From positions 22,692 to 86,691 of IMG/VR virus record IMGVR_UViG_3300031949_000016: a stretch of DNA of 64,000 nucleotides; one strand, 5' to 3'. The translations under genes and the position numbers were made by a program. This DNA comes from a virus (lineage: Duplodnaviria > Caudoviricetes). Shown piece after piece: positions 44,876-53,442 of this stretch (positions are counted from its first letter, which is position 1; every line of letters starts with the position of its first letter). The notes beneath the pieces were generated by a model, which had not been told where the DNA came from, searched no databases, and saw only the letters and a list, made by a program, of their open reading frames with translations.

Positions 44876-44920
44876 CGTCTCGCTCCTCTTAATTACGATT
44901 TACCAATGACTAACAACGCA

Positions 44921-44966
44921 AACGCGCCGACATCCCCATCGGGATACCGGCGCGTTGTTATCCGTT
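44921..44966 (-). promoter_or_regulatory. Conserved leader hairpin, copy 3
   Basis: AACGGATAAC-AACGCGCCGG...GTCGGCGCGTT-T. Confidence 0.55.
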
Positions 44967-44976
44967 CGCCGCTTCT

Positions 44977-45005
44977 ATCTTACTCCACCCGCACCCCAAA
45001 GTCAA
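44977..45005 (-). promoter_or_regulatory. Late-gene promoter
   Basis: TTGACT-17-TAAGAT. Confidence 0.6.
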
Positions 45006-45181
45006 CTATTCTGCCCCGTGATGGCGACGGTCGCCGTCATGTGATAAGCGCGTGATGCCTTGAACACCAATCGGTCCTTGCCGCAGTCAATTTCGATCTT
45101 CAACGTATCGGGCGCATTGATCACCTCCGCATTCTCGCGGAGCAACGCGATCAATCCATCCACTCGATTCCTGGCCGACAC
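45002..45181 (-). CDS. Small hypothetical protein, start uncertain
   Basis: RVDGLIALL...KIEIDC; resembles the 47047-47244 product. Confidence 0.35.
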   Translation of the reverse strand: MSARNRVDGLIALLRENAEVINAPDTLKIEIDCGKDRLVFKASRAYHMTATVAITGQNS

Positions 45182-45192
45182 CTGCCGCCATA

Positions 45193-45498
45193 CTACGCTG
45201 TCAATTGCCACTGCTGGTCCCCCTGCACAATTCTCTGATACCTCACTCGCAGCCGCTTGCACTTCGACTGCCTCAACCGATCCAGATACGCCAGGCGCAC
45301 CGCCGTAATCTGCTCCTCCGTCGGCGGCCACGGCAGCCCCAGCCCCTGCGCATAATTCTCAGCCAAAGGGTTCCCCATGAACGTCACCGCCTCGTCGAAC
45401 TCATCCGGCAACCCGATCGCCACATCGAAGATCGTCGTCAGCAAAACCGCTGCCAGCATCTGCCGTAACCCGAACTCATTGAAGTCGATGGAACTCAT
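45193..45498 (-). CDS. Hypothetical protein
   Basis: ORF track; start at MSSID. Confidence 0.55.
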   Translation of the reverse strand: MSSIDFNEFGLRQMLAAVLLTTIFDVAIGLPDEFDEAVTFMGNPLAENYAQGLGLPWPPTEEQITAVRLAYLDRLRQSKCKRLRVRYQRIVQGDQQWQLTA

Positions 45499-45499
45499 C

Positions 45500-45748
45500 T
45501 CATTCACGCCTGCCGCTCGCAATATGCCGCGCCGCCTGCTCCACCCGCCGCGCTAGTTCCTCCCGACCGTATTCCCGAACCACAAACAACCGCGCCTCGT
45601 GCGGCGTGTGACCGTTCTTGATCTCTGCTTCCAGCGCATCCAACACATCCGGCACGTTGCTATCCATCCACTCATACGACTCCCGATCCAACGCCCGTTG
45701 CAAATTAGGCAGATCCCCTCGAACGACATTCGTCACGACCTTCGCCAT
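45500..45748 (-). CDS. Hypothetical protein
   Basis: ORF track; start at MAKVV; GAGGGGAG RBS. Confidence 0.65.
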   Translation of the reverse strand: MAKVVTNVVRGDLPNLQRALDRESYEWMDSNVPDVLDALEAEIKNGHTPHEARLFVVREYGREELARRVEQAARHIASGRRE

Positions 45749-45762
45749 TCTCCCCTCACTTC

Positions 45763-46209
45763 CTAACACTGCTTAACCACCACCGGCACCCCGAACGCCG
45801 CCACCGGCGCCTCATCATCCTGCGCCCCGCGCCGGTACTCGTACCGTCCAGGGGGCAGGGGGGGAACGACCACCGTCAGGTCGCGCGTAAACTCCTCCGG
45901 CGACGTGATCACCGAATAGAACACCCGCTCGCCCAGCACGACATTGTATCCGGCGTCCACCCCAAACCATGACTCCGTGATCGACACAATCGTCGGCGCA
46001 TTGCTGACGTGGATATGAACCGTAATACTGAATGACTGCCCGGCGCACAAGCCGTCGACCGGAACGGACGTCGACCGCACGTCGTACTCGATCGTCCGAT
46101 GGAGACTGCGAAACAACGACACTCCAGCGCCGACCGTGGCCACAATCGCCGTCAACGAAATCAGGATAATCGAGAGCACCACCCACCGCACCACGGCCTT
46201 GTGACTCAA
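45763..46209 (-). CDS. N-terminal TM plus beta-rich domain, lysis-cassette position
   Basis: TM helix then Ig-like pattern. Confidence 0.6.
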   Translation of the reverse strand: MSHKAVVRWVVLSIILISLTAIVATVGAGVSLFRSLHRTIEYDVRSTSVPVDGLCAGQSFSITVHIHVSNAPTIVSITESWFGVDAGYNVVLGERVFYSVITSPEEFTRDLTVVVPPLPPGRYEYRRGAQDDEAPVAAFGVPVVVKQC

Positions 46210-46565
46210 GGCTTCAATCCCCCGCCCGTGATCTGCGTCAGCAGCGTGATTAGATTGGCGACGCTCGTCACCAGCGTCAGCCCCATCCCGATCGCCATCC
46301 CCTTCATGATCGTCTTATACCGCTCCCACTCGTCGATCACCTTCTCAGCCGCCTTCATCCGATCGCGCAGCCCGACCTGGTCCTTCTCCGGCTCGCCGTC
46401 CAACACCGCGAACACCCGTGCCTGGCGCTCCGCGAAAACCGCCATCCGTTCCCCTTGCTTGACGAGCATCTCCTGCAACTGCGCGAAGCCCTTGTTTTGC
46501 TCCAGGATCATCAACCGCAGTTTATTGCCCCACTCGTCCAGCGCCTTCCGTATATCCTCATCCAT
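46206..46565 (-). CDS. Coiled-coil protein with C-terminal TM, holin-associated type
   Basis: Sequence character and position. Confidence 0.6.
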   Translation of the reverse strand: MDEDIRKALDEWGNKLRLMILEQNKGFAQLQEMLVKQGERMAVFAERQARVFAVLDGEPEKDQVGLRDRMKAAEKVIDEWERYKTIMKGMAIGMGLTLVTSVANLITLLTQITGGGLKP

Positions 46566-46962
46566 GAGGTGGCGCCTCCGTCATTCCCGCACCGTCATTC
46601 CCGCGAAGGCGGGAATCCAGTTGCCCGGCCTTCACCGCCTTCACGTCCGCCGTATCCGGCGACAGCCGATCCGCATTCTGATTGGCGACGACCGCGCTGA
46701 AGATCGTCGCAACCAACGACCATATTCCATCGGCCGGACACGCCACGAACGGGAACAAAAACGAAGGCGTACACGCCAGCACATAGACGAGTACGCCCGT
46801 TCCGATATTTAGACCCACCATGATCAACTGCTTCCGCTCAGGCTCCAGCGCCGCCCATCGCGTGCGAAAGCCCGGCGCGTATGATGCCAGCAGCGACACC
46901 AACACCCCCACTACGCCGGCCAGTATCACCGGCGTCAACTCCACCCCATTCTGAATATTCAT
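46558..46962 (-). CDS. Putative holin (3 TM)
   Basis: Three hydrophobic segments; start at ATG 46962. Confidence 0.55.
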   Translation of the reverse strand: MNIQNGVELTPVILAGVVGVLVSLLASYAPGFRTRWAALEPERKQLIMVGLNIGTGVLVYVLACTPSFLFPFVACPADGIWSLVATIFSAVVANQNADRLSPDTADVKAVKAGQLDSRLRGNDGAGMTEAPPHG

Positions 46963-46983
46963 ATCTCTTCCTTCTGTGGACAC

Positions 46984-47019
46984 AAAAAGCGCCGGCCTCC
47001 CCGCAGGAGAACGGCGCTT
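46984..47019 (-). terminator. Intrinsic terminator-like hairpin
   Basis: AAGCGCCG...CGGCGCTTTTT; same family as the 4515-4555 hairpin. Confidence 0.65.
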
Positions 47020-47046
47020 CAATTGACGGCACAATGTGAGAATGAT

Positions 47047-47244
47047 TCAATTGATCGGGTACTGCTGCTTGTCGATCCGTTCGATCAGCGTCACGCCCCC
47101 CACGACTGAATCCCCGCGGCACGTCAGTTCTATTTTCTGGTGGCCTGACTCGATCGTCGCCCGCCGCACCAGCAGCCAGAGGATAATATCGGCCAACCGG
47201 CCCTTCACCTCATGCCGTTTCCCCTCGTCGTCCGTCACCACCAT
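47047..47244 (-). CDS. Small hypothetical protein, leaderless
   Basis: ATG 6 nt after a -10 box. Confidence 0.6.
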   Translation of the reverse strand: MVVTDDEGKRHEVKGRLADIILWLLVRRATIESGHQKIELTCRGDSVVGGVTLIERIDKQQYPIN

Positions 47245-47250
47245 ACCCTT

Positions 47251-47280
47251 ATCTTACCACGACACAAGTTACAAAGTCAA
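47251..47280 (-). promoter_or_regulatory. Late-gene promoter
   Basis: TTGACT-18-TAAGAT with extended TG. Confidence 0.65.
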
Positions 47281-47396
47281 CACGTTACTTCCACTGCTTA
47301 CCAACCACGCCCACCGCATCCTGAGCGGAGCAGCATCCTTTCGCTGCGAAGTCGAAGGCCGAACCTTAAATTTTTCCGACTTGGGAGTTTTGCCTA

Positions 47397-47424
47397 TTGA
47401 CTTCCGGCAATACAGGTGTACAAT
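47397..47424 (+). promoter_or_regulatory. Sigma70-type promoter
   Basis: TTGACT-16-TACAAT. Confidence 0.45.
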
Positions 47425-47517
47425 GTGTGTACAGTAGTGAAAGCGCGGGCGATCTCCTGCACCGCGCACGCCAGATAAGCCCTGAACCGCAAGGCAGGCA
47501 ATGGCGAAAGGAGAGAA

Positions 47518-47820
47518 ATGAAGATCAGTGCCGACGTTCTTACCGGCCTCGACTGGTCACACATCAACGCCGAAGTCGACGCCGAGCGCAAAACCGAACC
47601 AGCCGCCATGTATCTGGCTGGACGTTGCGCTAACGGATCTGAGCTCGACAGTGGAACACTCTGGCACGCATTACAAAATCTTGAAACAAGTCGGACGGCA
47701 ATGTGTGGCGCACGTCCAGGCCGTCGATCAGCCGGCTGGCGTGGCTACCCAGACGAGATCCACGCTGTAACCTGCAAACGTTGTCTCGCCAAGATGTATC
47801 CGACACAATCCGTAATGTAG
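47518..47820 (+). CDS. Hypothetical Cys-containing protein
   Basis: AAGGAG RBS; CGARP, CKRC. Confidence 0.7.
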   Translation: MKISADVLTGLDWSHINAEVDAERKTEPAAMYLAGRCANGSELDSGTLWHALQNLETSRTAMCGARPGRRSAGWRGYPDEIHAVTCKRCLAKMYPTQSVM

Positions 47821-48039
47821 ATGATTCACAGCACACCGCGGCCAAGCACTTCCTCTCGGCGTATCTCAAAGGCCGCGCCGCGTTCAAGACAGATGGCGCA
47901 TCCGCGAAATACCCGTATCCAGAAACACGCGGGGGCCGGCACGGTCACATCGTCACCTTCGCGCGCGTATCAGAAGTATTGGAGAACAGGACTGGAAGAC
48001 GAGCGCGACGGTTTTCCCATCAGGTACACCGCTCGCTAA
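47821..48039 (+). pseudogene. Possibly frameshifted small gene
   Basis: Protein-like text switches frame at a CG dinucleotide run near 47960. Confidence 0.3.
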
Positions 48040-48048
48040 GGAGACACC

Positions 48049-48339
48049 ATGCCAACCAAAACCATTCACTCCCCGCTCAACCTCCGCGATCCATCCGGTA
48101 CGCTGCGCCGTGACGCCGCCCGGCTCGCCCGGCACAGCGGCACCACGGACGTCGCCGGCAACATCCGCTTCGCCGTCGCCCACACCCTCTCCGCCCTGCA
48201 CATAGCACTTACCCCGCTCAACTACACCCTGTGCAACGACGCTCTGCTCGTAGACCTCATCATCCACGGCGACGGCCCCCACGTCCGCCAATCCGCCTGG
48301 GATGAAATCGAACGCCGTCGAAAAACTATCACCCGGTAG
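48049..48339 (+). CDS. Hypothetical protein
   Basis: AAGGAG RBS. Confidence 0.65.
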   Translation: MPTKTIHSPLNLRDPSGTLRRDAARLARHSGTTDVAGNIRFAVAHTLSALHIALTPLNYTLCNDALLVDLIIHGDGPHVRQSAWDEIERRRKTITR

Positions 48340-48409
48340 TTAGAGCAGATTGTTTCCTGTCCTTCTGCAACAACACGAAACAATCTACTAAAGAAACCAC
48401 GAGGCAACC

Positions 48410-48952
48410 ATGAGACGCAAACCCGTAACCTGTGTCCTGTGTCACCAAGACGAAACGCGCGACGAAGATGCGATATGCGGAAACTGTCGGAGACAATGGG
48501 AAGACGGCGCTCTGTTCGACCCGGCCCTGGCCGTCGTCGGCGACAAAGAAGTCGTCCCTGTCAATCGCTACTTGCGGCCCGATCACTATATGGGCGACCC
48601 CGACGCATTCGCGCGCTCGCCCAGCGTCGAAACCGAGTTACGCTGTATCCTGATGGAATTGACCGGCGCAGTCGAAGTCAGCCAGATTTCTTACCGTTTT
48701 GCCAGCACACGCAAGCCGATTGGTTTTTACCAGAGAGGATTTAGCGATGATGGCACAACCTGGTGGTTGATGGATCATAACAAGATCGACGCGATCGAAA
48801 AGATCGTGACCTTCATCCGCAACTGGGCGGCCCGCGAGTACCGTGAGGGTCAGCGCCAGGGCGAGAACTTCATCAGCAAGATCGCCCGAGGCGAATTAAC
48901 CGTTGACGAAATCGACGCACAGTCATCTTGGGGCAGAGCAAAAGGAAAGTAA
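48410..48952 (+). CDS. Hypothetical protein with N-terminal Zn finger
   Basis: CVLC...CGNC; GAGG RBS. Confidence 0.7.
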   Translation: MRRKPVTCVLCHQDETRDEDAICGNCRRQWEDGALFDPALAVVGDKEVVPVNRYLRPDHYMGDPDAFARSPSVETELRCILMELTGAVEVSQISYRFASTRKPIGFYQRGFSDDGTTWWLMDHNKIDAIEKIVTFIRNWAAREYREGQRQGENFISKIARGELTVDEIDAQSSWGRAKGK

Positions 48953-49028
48953 CCCATAACCACCACGCGCCGACCTCCCCGGCCGGCGCGTCCCAAATCT
49001 CCAATCTCTAATCTCTCTTCTCCATCCC

Positions 49029-50594
49029 TCAATCAAACTCCACCTTCACTTCTTGCGAAGCACCCCCCGCCCACGTCACCCACCCGAACCGCCGCCCGTC
49101 CTCGTGCCGCCCCATCCTCACCCGCACATCCAGCAGATCGACAATCTCCCGCCTCCGCTCGAAACTCGCCCGATCGATCTTCCCCCGCATCTGCCGCACC
49201 CGCTCCGCCAACTCCACCCTGGCCGTCGCCTGCGCCTGACGATCCTCCCCCTGCGCCAGCACGTCCGCGCGCGCGCTGCGCAGTTCCAGAATCTTCCGCC
49301 GCGATTCCCGGATCTTCAACTCGACCGATGCCGCCAACTCCTCGTCGTGCTCCGTGTCGCCACCGAACCGATCTAGCCACGCAGAGATCTGCTTCTCGTA
49401 CTCCGTGATCTTCGCGTCGATCTCCGCGATGCGCGCCGCACTCTCATTCGTCTCACCCGCCAGGGCCTGCGCCTGGTCCAGTTCCTTTACCCCCTGCGCC
49501 AGCCTGTCACTCGTAATCAACTCCCGCACCAGCGCCCACACCTTGACGTCGACCTTGCTCGTCACGATCGTCCCGAAGTGGCACACCTCGTACAGTCCCG
49601 CCGGCTGCCCCTTTGAATTGCAAAAATAGATCGACGTAAACTGCTTCGCCCGATCGTTCTTCACCCGCGTCACCGCACTCATCCCCAGCCCGCACGCACA
49701 CGTCAGCCGCCGCGCCATCAAATACTCCCGCTGCCGGTTGCGCGCCGCCGCGATAAAGTTGCTCTTCGCCTGGCGCTGCGCCGCCGCCCACTCCCCCGGC
49801 TCCACGATCGCCAGCGCCGGCACACTGATCTCGATCCCCCGATACTCGATGATTCCCACATAAGCCCGCGACTTCAGGATAATACTCACCGTGCTCGGCC
49901 ACCACTTATTACCCCCGTATGGCGCCGTCACCCCCCGCTCCATCAACCGCTGCGCGATCGGAATCAACCCCATCGCCTTCTTCCCATCCCAGCCCGTGTA
50001 CCGATCGAAGATCCACTTCACGATCCTCATCTGCTCCTTCACCACCACCAGCACCGCATCACCTCGCTCGCCGCGCTTCTCCGACCCATAAGGTGGATTC
50101 CCCACCGCCACCCACTTCCCGCTCTTTGCCTTGCCCAACTTCCCCATCTTACTCCGTCTCACCAGCGTCTCGATCTCGTGCTGGCTGAACGCCCCCTCGA
50201 TGTTGCTCAACAGATTCCCCTCCGGCGTATCCTCGATCTCACCGCGCGTCGTCGTATACAACGTCAGCCCCAGCGCCTTAATCTCCCGCCGCAGCGCGAT
50301 CTGCAACTCCAGATCGCGGCTCAACCGATCCATCACGAACGCCACCACCGCCTGAATCTCATTCCGTCTCGCCATCTCCCGCAGCCGGCGCACGTCCGCC
50401 CGGTCCAGCGTAAACCCCGACTTCTTCTCCGTCACATACTCCACCACCGTCAACCCGCGGTCGGCCGCAAAGCGCGCAATCGCCGCCTGCTGCTCGCTCG
50501 GCGAATACCCCTTAGCCGCCTGCGCCTTCGTGCTCACCCGAATCAACCCAAGTGCTCGCACTTGCGCCTTCACCGCTTGTCCTTCATCCTTCAT
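49029..50594 (-). CDS. Large serine integrase
   Basis: IRVST catalytic motif, DRLSR, recombinase domain, Zn ribbon CAC...C...C, coiled coil. Confidence 0.92.
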   Translation of the reverse strand: MKDEGQAVKAQVRALGLIRVSTKAQAAKGYSPSEQQAAIARFAADRGLTVVEYVTEKKSGFTLDRADVRRLREMARRNEIQAVVAFVMDRLSRDLELQIALRREIKALGLTLYTTTRGEIEDTPEGNLLSNIEGAFSQHEIETLVRRSKMGKLGKAKSGKWVAVGNPPYGSEKRGERGDAVLVVVKEQMRIVKWIFDRYTGWDGKKAMGLIPIAQRLMERGVTAPYGGNKWWPSTVSIILKSRAYVGIIEYRGIEISVPALAIVEPGEWAAAQRQAKSNFIAAARNRQREYLMARRLTCACGLGMSAVTRVKNDRAKQFTSIYFCNSKGQPAGLYEVCHFGTIVTSKVDVKVWALVRELITSDRLAQGVKELDQAQALAGETNESAARIAEIDAKITEYEKQISAWLDRFGGDTEHDEELAASVELKIRESRRKILELRSARADVLAQGEDRQAQATARVELAERVRQMRGKIDRASFERRREIVDLLDVRVRMGRHEDGRRFGWVTWAGGASQEVKVEFD

Positions 50595-50609
50595 CCTTCT
50601 TATTTCCTG

Positions 50610-50652
50610 TATGAAGTGTCAGACTTCACAAACTTGTCATGACATTCGTCAT
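50610..50652. other. Candidate attP, imperfect inverted repeat
   Basis: TATGAAGTGTC...GACATTCGTCATA next to the integrase start. Confidence 0.25.
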
Positions 50653-50844
50653 ATAAAATCCGGTCACTCAACGATTTAGCAAAACCGGAATCAAACCTAC
50701 AATAGGCTTTACCCTACATCTGGATTGCATGAGGTTTGACGAATGAATCAAATTGACAGAACTCTAACACATAAGTGCTTGAAATAGATACAAATAGGGT
50801 TTATGATAAACCATCACTCGTAGGAAGGAAGATCATGAAGTTTC

Positions 50845-51276
50845 TCATCTGGCTGTTTGCTCTGTTCCCCCGTCTTTCTGCGTCGGTTTATCATCGCCTG
50901 ACTCACCACCGACCGAATACTCGGCCCGCTCCTGGCGCACGAACACGGCGAAACGCAGGGCCTGACGACGCTCGGAATAAGTAAGATCCTGCATCACCTC
51001 GACCCACTCTTGCAGTTCACGATCTTCCGCAACCATATCGGCAACCCGCTTGGTTAGCTTGCCCGCACGATAAGCCACTTCCTCGCGCCTGATCCGCAGC
51101 GCAGCCGACACCGCCTCAATGACCCTCCACGTCGGGGGTAGACCCTCCCGTCGTCTCTGACTAATTGCTCCGTTCGATAACCCGCCCACCTGCTCTATCG
51201 CCCGCACCGATAGACCGGCCTCTGCACGCTTCTGCTCAAACCACTCCCAAAATTGCTCCGTCTTTGTTTTTTCCAT
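50845..51276 (-). CDS. XRE-family immunity repressor, probably leaderless
   Basis: LSVRAIEQVGGLSNGAISQ...; divergent from early genes; TAGAAT 7 nt upstream of ATG. Confidence 0.8.
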   Translation of the reverse strand: MEKTKTEQFWEWFEQKRAEAGLSVRAIEQVGGLSNGAISQRRREGLPPTWRVIEAVSAALRIRREEVAYRAGKLTKRVADMVAEDRELQEWVEVMQDLTYSERRQALRFAVFVRQERAEYSVGGESGDDKPTQKDGGTEQTAR

Positions 51277-51282
51277 AGTCAA

Positions 51283-51386
51283 AATTCTACACGAAACTCT
51301 AACGAGTTTTCTCTAAATTGCCTATTGACAAATTGAGAGATTTCTATATAATAGAGATAACTCTACATACGAGGAGAGTTTCTACG
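51283..51386. promoter_or_regulatory. Lysis/lysogeny switch with divergent promoters and operator-like sites
   Basis: TTGACA-16-TATAAT on +; palindromes AAACTC-N4-GAGTTT and TAGAG-N4-CTCTA; repeated GAGAG(A)TTTCTA. Confidence 0.65.
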
Positions 51387-51581
51387 ATGACCGACAAACA
51401 ACAGACGAACCTCTACCTTGACAAGAAAACTCGTGACAGGCTTGAAAAACTCCGTGCTGAATTTGGCATCGGCCCCAGCGCCATCGTCTCCATCGCCATC
51501 GCTGACTACTACCGCGAACACCTGTCACCCAAAGCAAAGCGCATTGTCCAACCAGCCGAGCCCGCCGAGGCCACCGCATGA
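51387..51581 (+). CDS. Ribbon-helix-helix regulator in the cro position
   Basis: QTNLYLDKKTRDRLEKL...PSAIVSIAI; GAGGAG RBS. Confidence 0.75.
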   Translation: MTDKQQTNLYLDKKTRDRLEKLRAEFGIGPSAIVSIAIADYYREHLSPKAKRIVQPAEPAEATA

Positions 51582-51808
51582 CCACAGATAAAACGCCTCT
51601 CTTCCACAGGGTCGCAGGTCTCGGCGTCAGCCCGGAACACATCGTCGCCTATCGGTTGTTCGACACCGACCCGAAAGATAATGAGCCGTGCTGCACGATC
51701 TTCACTGATGCACACTACAGCGAATCCGCCATCATCCGCTTCTATGGCGATGACGCCACCGCTTGGCGTGCATTCCTGACCGCCCAATCCAACGAGGCCA
51801 CCGCATGA
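51578..51808 (+). CDS. Hypothetical protein flanked by 17-bp direct repeats
   Basis: CGAGGCCACCGCATGAC at 51566 and 51793. Confidence 0.65.
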   Translation: MTTDKTPLFHRVAGLGVSPEHIVAYRLFDTDPKDNEPCCTIFTDAHYSESAIIRFYGDDATAWRAFLTAQSNEATA

Positions 51809-51984
51809 CACCCAATCTCAAATCGCAAATCTCAAATCTCAACTCCCACGTCTCCCTCTGGGCGCGTCTCGTTGAACTGCTAGAATCATGGCCCGATGAA
51901 ACAATCCCAGTTACCCAGTGGGACGAAGAAGAACCGGGGGAGCACGTGGCAGCGGCCACAGACATGGAGGCCGCCCCCGCGTAG
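51805..51984 (+). CDS. Hypothetical protein
   Basis: ATGA overlap; in-frame heptamer repeat. Confidence 0.5.
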   Translation: MTPNLKSQISNLNSHVSLWARLVELLESWPDETIPVTQWDEEEPGEHVAAATDMEAAPA

Positions 51985-52206
51985 ACGTCGACGCGCGCGG
52001 CGCGGGCCGCAAGGCTGGGATGCTCATGCTTTCGCCAACCCTGCCACCCGCGCCGGACGCGCCGCAACGCAGGACGGCGTGTCTCCTCCTTCAGGATGCC
52101 CGCGCGGTGTAAAACGAGTGGCACCGCGCGGGCCAAGGAACAGAGTATACCGAATAGTAACCATGACGCTAACTCTAACACCAACTCTAACTCTCGTGTG
52201 ATAACA

Positions 52207-52554
52207 ATGAACCCGCTCATCGCCGCCATCCTAACATTTTCATTCATCGCCCTGTCCCACGCCTTCCCGTGGCGCATCATCCGCCCGTTGTGGGACTCCA
52301 ACGGCCTCAAGCGCATCCCATCCTATGCCGTCGGCAGCGGCATCATCCTGATCGGCTTTCTCGCCTGGTGCCTCAGCACCGGCGAATATGTGCCATTCAT
52401 CATCCTGGCGATCCTGGACTTCGCCGGCGCACTCGGCGCCATCATCCCGCGCATCGTCAAATGGATCGACGAACAACTCAAACTTGCCGACAAGCTGCAC
52501 GTCTATGAAACAGCCGACACCGCGCGGACATCCGACGAAGGACGCCCGCGATAA
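52207..52554 (+). CDS. Small multi-TM membrane protein
   Basis: Three hydrophobic segments. Confidence 0.65.
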   Translation: MNPLIAAILTFSFIALSHAFPWRIIRPLWDSNGLKRIPSYAVGSGIILIGFLAWCLSTGEYVPFIILAILDFAGALGAIIPRIVKWIDEQLKLADKLHVYETADTARTSDEGRPR

Positions 52555-52771
52555 ACTCGAACAAGTGGAGGATGCCGCCGCCCTGCTGGACTCTGCGGCC
52601 GACTCCCTCGATCACATCGAAGCGATTCGTTTACCGCTGTTGAGAATTGAACTGGACGACATGATCGAACCGACCGAAGTAGAACTGAAGAACGCGCTCC
52701 AAAAGGTCAACGAAGCAATGGCCTTGCTGCACACACTCAGCGAGAACCTATCGCGCGAGCGCCGAAGGTAA
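52505..52771 (+). CDS. Hypothetical coiled-coil protein
   Basis: ORF track. Confidence 0.5.
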   Translation: MKQPTPRGHPTKDARDKLEQVEDAAALLDSAADSLDHIEAIRLPLLRIELDDMIEPTEVELKNALQKVNEAMALLHTLSENLSRERRR

Positions 52772-52891
52772 AAAGAAGTGCCGCACTGGGCGAACAGTGC
52801 GGCATGGGCCAGACGGTCAGCGAGGATGCTGACCAGATGACCCAATTATAACACAGGTTATGAACCTGTGTGATTACGAAAGGGCCAGACA

Positions 52892-53227
52892 ATGAACATC
52901 ACCAAACCGGAACTTCAACGTATCGTATCCACACTTCCGACCGTCGAGCAGGACTTCGTCGCCAAGTGCTCCGAGCTCCGCATCACCACCCGGCTCGACC
53001 ACCGCAGCGACCCGACCCAGCACCACGTCGTCTGGGTCCGAAACAACTGGTACCACGGAGCCTTTGTCTACTGCGGATGCTCGACCCTGTTCGCCCTGCA
53101 CATCGGCCGCGACGCCTACAGCGTCTGCGAACAGCACCACCTGCAGTCGCTCGGCAAGCTCGTCGCCGTCAAACGCCACACCTCCAAGTGGCACACCGCG
53201 CGCCTAATGCGGGAGGTGTCATCATGA
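52892..53227 (+). CDS. Hypothetical protein
   Basis: ORF track; Cys/His residues. Confidence 0.6.
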   Translation: MNITKPELQRIVSTLPTVEQDFVAKCSELRITTRLDHRSDPTQHHVVWVRNNWYHGAFVYCGCSTLFALHIGRDAYSVCEQHHLQSLGKLVAVKRHTSKWHTARLMREVSS

Positions 53228-53442
53228 TGATCGGAATCTCCACCAACCACGGCACCAAGGCCGACGTTCACAGTTGCACCTGCACCTGCGCCACCTGCCA
53301 AGCCATGCGAGAACTGGAAGAACTCGAACGCCTGTCGGACGTCATCACCGATGATCTAATGCGCGGTGCCTACACCAACCCTGGCATTCTTCTGCGCTTC
53401 GCCGCGCTGTCGGATAAGTACAACACGGAGGCTGCGCTATGA
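53224..53442 (+). CDS. Small Cys-rich protein
   Basis: HSCTCTCATC; GGAGG RBS. Confidence 0.6.
   Translation: MMIGISTNHGTKADVHSCTCTCATCQAMRELEELERLSDVITDDLMRGAYTNPGILLRFAALSDKYNTEAAL

Larger units (their letters stand above)
32441..46620 (+). repeat. Dispersed family C: GTCATTCC...GGGAATCCAG, dRS3-like
   Basis: Copies at 32441, 43910, 44084, 46594. Confidence 0.85.

Noticed and set aside
45763-46962. Complete lysis cassette
   Set aside because: Only membrane proteins are present and no endolysin motif was recognised, so holin calls stay tentative
50775-50984. + strand 69-aa ORF overlapping the repressor 3' end
   Set aside because: Mostly antisense to the repressor with no supporting motif
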